DNA from: a virus
Lineage: Duplodnaviria; Caudoviricetes
Reading direction: 5' to 3' (one strand)
Virus record (IMG/VR): IMGVR_UViG_3300044262_000078
Location: 1 to 25,519 of that record
Length of the DNA: 25,519 bases
Shown here: positions 24,501 through 25,519 of the stretch, piece by piece
Numbering within the stretch: the first letter of the stretch is position 1
Layout: each line of letters opens with the position of its first letter
Made by a program: the position numbers and the translations under genes
The notes under the pieces: generated by a model
Database searches by the model: none
Seen by the model: the letters and a program-made list of their open reading frames with translations, nothing else
Told to the model about the DNA's origin: nothing

Positions 24501-24554
24501 GTTACCAACGCACCGTGACGGAAACACCGGCGAAGGCGTCGCCATCGCTGTCGA
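24501..24554 (+). repeat. 54-bp direct repeat, copy 2
   Basis: Matches 22596-22649. Confidence 0.95.
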
Positions 24555-25041
24555 CAGCAGCCTCAACCCCGAAGCGGGCGGCCTTGATGCGTACCATGTC
24601 CACACGCCCCCGCAGCCGCCACACCGGCTCGTCTGCATCAGTTTTGAGGCCATAGGCCAGCCCCAGTTCGCGGCGTGTCTCCATGGCCAGCCACGGCAGC
24701 GGGTCTGGCCGCACGAACATGGAGACCTGCCCGGTGCCGAGATCGGCCACGGCCGAGACCGTATGCGGGCGGTCATCGCCCGGCACGCGCGTGGCGGCCA
24801 CCACCTGGCGGGCGGCATCATTCTGCACGGCCGGCGGCAACCCGAACTCGCGCTTCACCCGATCGCGGTACACCACCACCGGCTTGCAGTCGTGGCGCAC
24901 GGTAGCCTCGCCGCGCAGCTCAGGTGCCACCGCGCCCGGCACGGCCACACCGTCATCGTCCCGGCATACCCACACCGCCAGCACCGCCGCCAGCAGGGCG
25001 CCAGAGGCGAAGCCGTAGCCGAAATCGCGCGGGATCATCAT
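24502..25041 (-). CDS. Membrane-anchored protein with C-terminal amphipathic beta strands
   Basis: N-terminal TM segment; ends FAGVSVTVRW; ATGA overlap with upstream gene. Confidence 0.75.
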   Translation of the reverse strand: MMIPRDFGYGFASGALLAAVLAVWVCRDDDGVAVPGAVAPELRGEATVRHDCKPVVVYRDRVKREFGLPPAVQNDAARQVVAATRVPGDDRPHTVSAVADLGTGQVSMFVRPDPLPWLAMETRRELGLAYGLKTDADEPVWRLRGRVDMVRIKAARFGVEAAVDSDGDAFAGVSVTVRW

Positions 25042-25355
25042 GCGCTCCGGATGGCGGCGGTGAGCGGGATCTGCCAGTTGCCGGTCAGCCCGCCCGATTC
25101 GGCGGTGACGTGCGCGGTGTAATGTTGCCCCGGCACGATCGCCAGGGCATCCGACACCGTGGCGCGGTACTGGCCGTTGGAGGCCGTCACATAGGCCAGG
25201 GCCTTCGGCCAGGTTTCCCCGGAAACATTGGTGCCGGCGGCGCCCTTGATCGTCACCGACACCGTGGCACTGTTGAGGTAGCTGCTGTCGGCGGCGTTCT
25301 GCAGCGCGTCGAGCTCGATCAGGTGTTCATTATCTTTGTAGATCAGTGTGGTCAT
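25038..25355 (-). CDS. Ig-like virion-associated protein (BppU-N-like)
   Basis: YLNSATVSVTIK, YVTASNGQYRA, YTAHVTA beta-sandwich pattern. Confidence 0.6.
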   Translation of the reverse strand: MTTLIYKDNEHLIELDALQNAADSSYLNSATVSVTIKGAAGTNVSGETWPKALAYVTASNGQYRATVSDALAIVPGQHYTAHVTAESGGLTGNWQIPLTAAIRSA

Positions 25356-25519
25356 GGGCGTACTCGCGGCGTGGCGGAAAGGGCCGGCACCGCCTGTGGG
25401 CTGCCGGCCACCGAAGGTGTGACGGCCGGCGTGGCGGAAAGGGCCGGCACCGCCTGTGGGCTGCCGGCCACCGAAGGTGTGACGGCCGGCGTGGCGGAAA
25501 GGGCCGGCACCATGGAAAG
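25352..25519 (-). CDS. 3' fragment of a protein with 20-aa Ala/Pro/Val repeats (starts outside window)
   Basis: Open frame from edge: LSM(VPALSATPAVTPSVAGSPQA)2-VPALSATPRVRP-stop, ATGA overlap. Confidence 0.65.
   Translation of the reverse strand, partial: LSMVPALSATPAVTPSVAGSPQAVPALSATPAVTPSVAGSPQAVPALSATPRVRP
25367..25511. repeat. Perfect 60-bp tandem repeat, 2.4 copies
   Basis: Direct inspection: identical at period 60. Confidence 0.95.

Noticed and set aside
22596-24554. Direct repeats as DGR TR/VR pair or as attL/attR of the integrase
   Set aside because: Only four mismatches, not all adenine-specific on either strand, no AAC-rich template or RT; no similarity to the tRNA-derived att core
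25367-25511. CRISPR-like array
   Set aside because: Contiguous identical units with no unique spacers; in-frame coding repeat

Overview
The window is about 25.5 kb of a GC-rich temperate lambdoid-type phage, most likely of a proteobacterial host. It appears to be the excised or free form, because the att site is flanked by phage genes on both sides. The minus-strand arm (14.5 kb to 1) runs: Cro, a CII-like regulator, a P4-alpha-like TOPRIM/SF3 primase-helicase followed by an iteron/inverted-repeat origin, small and large (GpA) terminase, a Zn-finger Q-like antiterminator, a terminator plus an initiator-like tRNA-Met(CAT), gpZ-like and gpW-like genes, a lambda-type portal, a protease-major capsid fusion, a decoration-like protein and a methyltransferase/GT-like fusion. 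The plus-strand arm (14.56-21.9 kb) runs: a short CI repressor, an early operon of coupled small ORFs (DUF1566 protein with a DGR-like variable region, ASCH-like, CsrA-like, Zn-finger proteins) and a large serine integrase. The right end holds two small plus-strand genes and the distal end of a minus-strand late operon, including a beta-helix cassette bracketed by 54-bp direct repeats. The most notable observation is that the attP core (antisense 3' end of an initiator tRNA-Met) lies inside the integrase coding sequence, so integration should rewrite the integrase C-terminus, and the phage also carries its own diverged initiator-like tRNA. All family assignments come from motif recognition by eye, not database searches.
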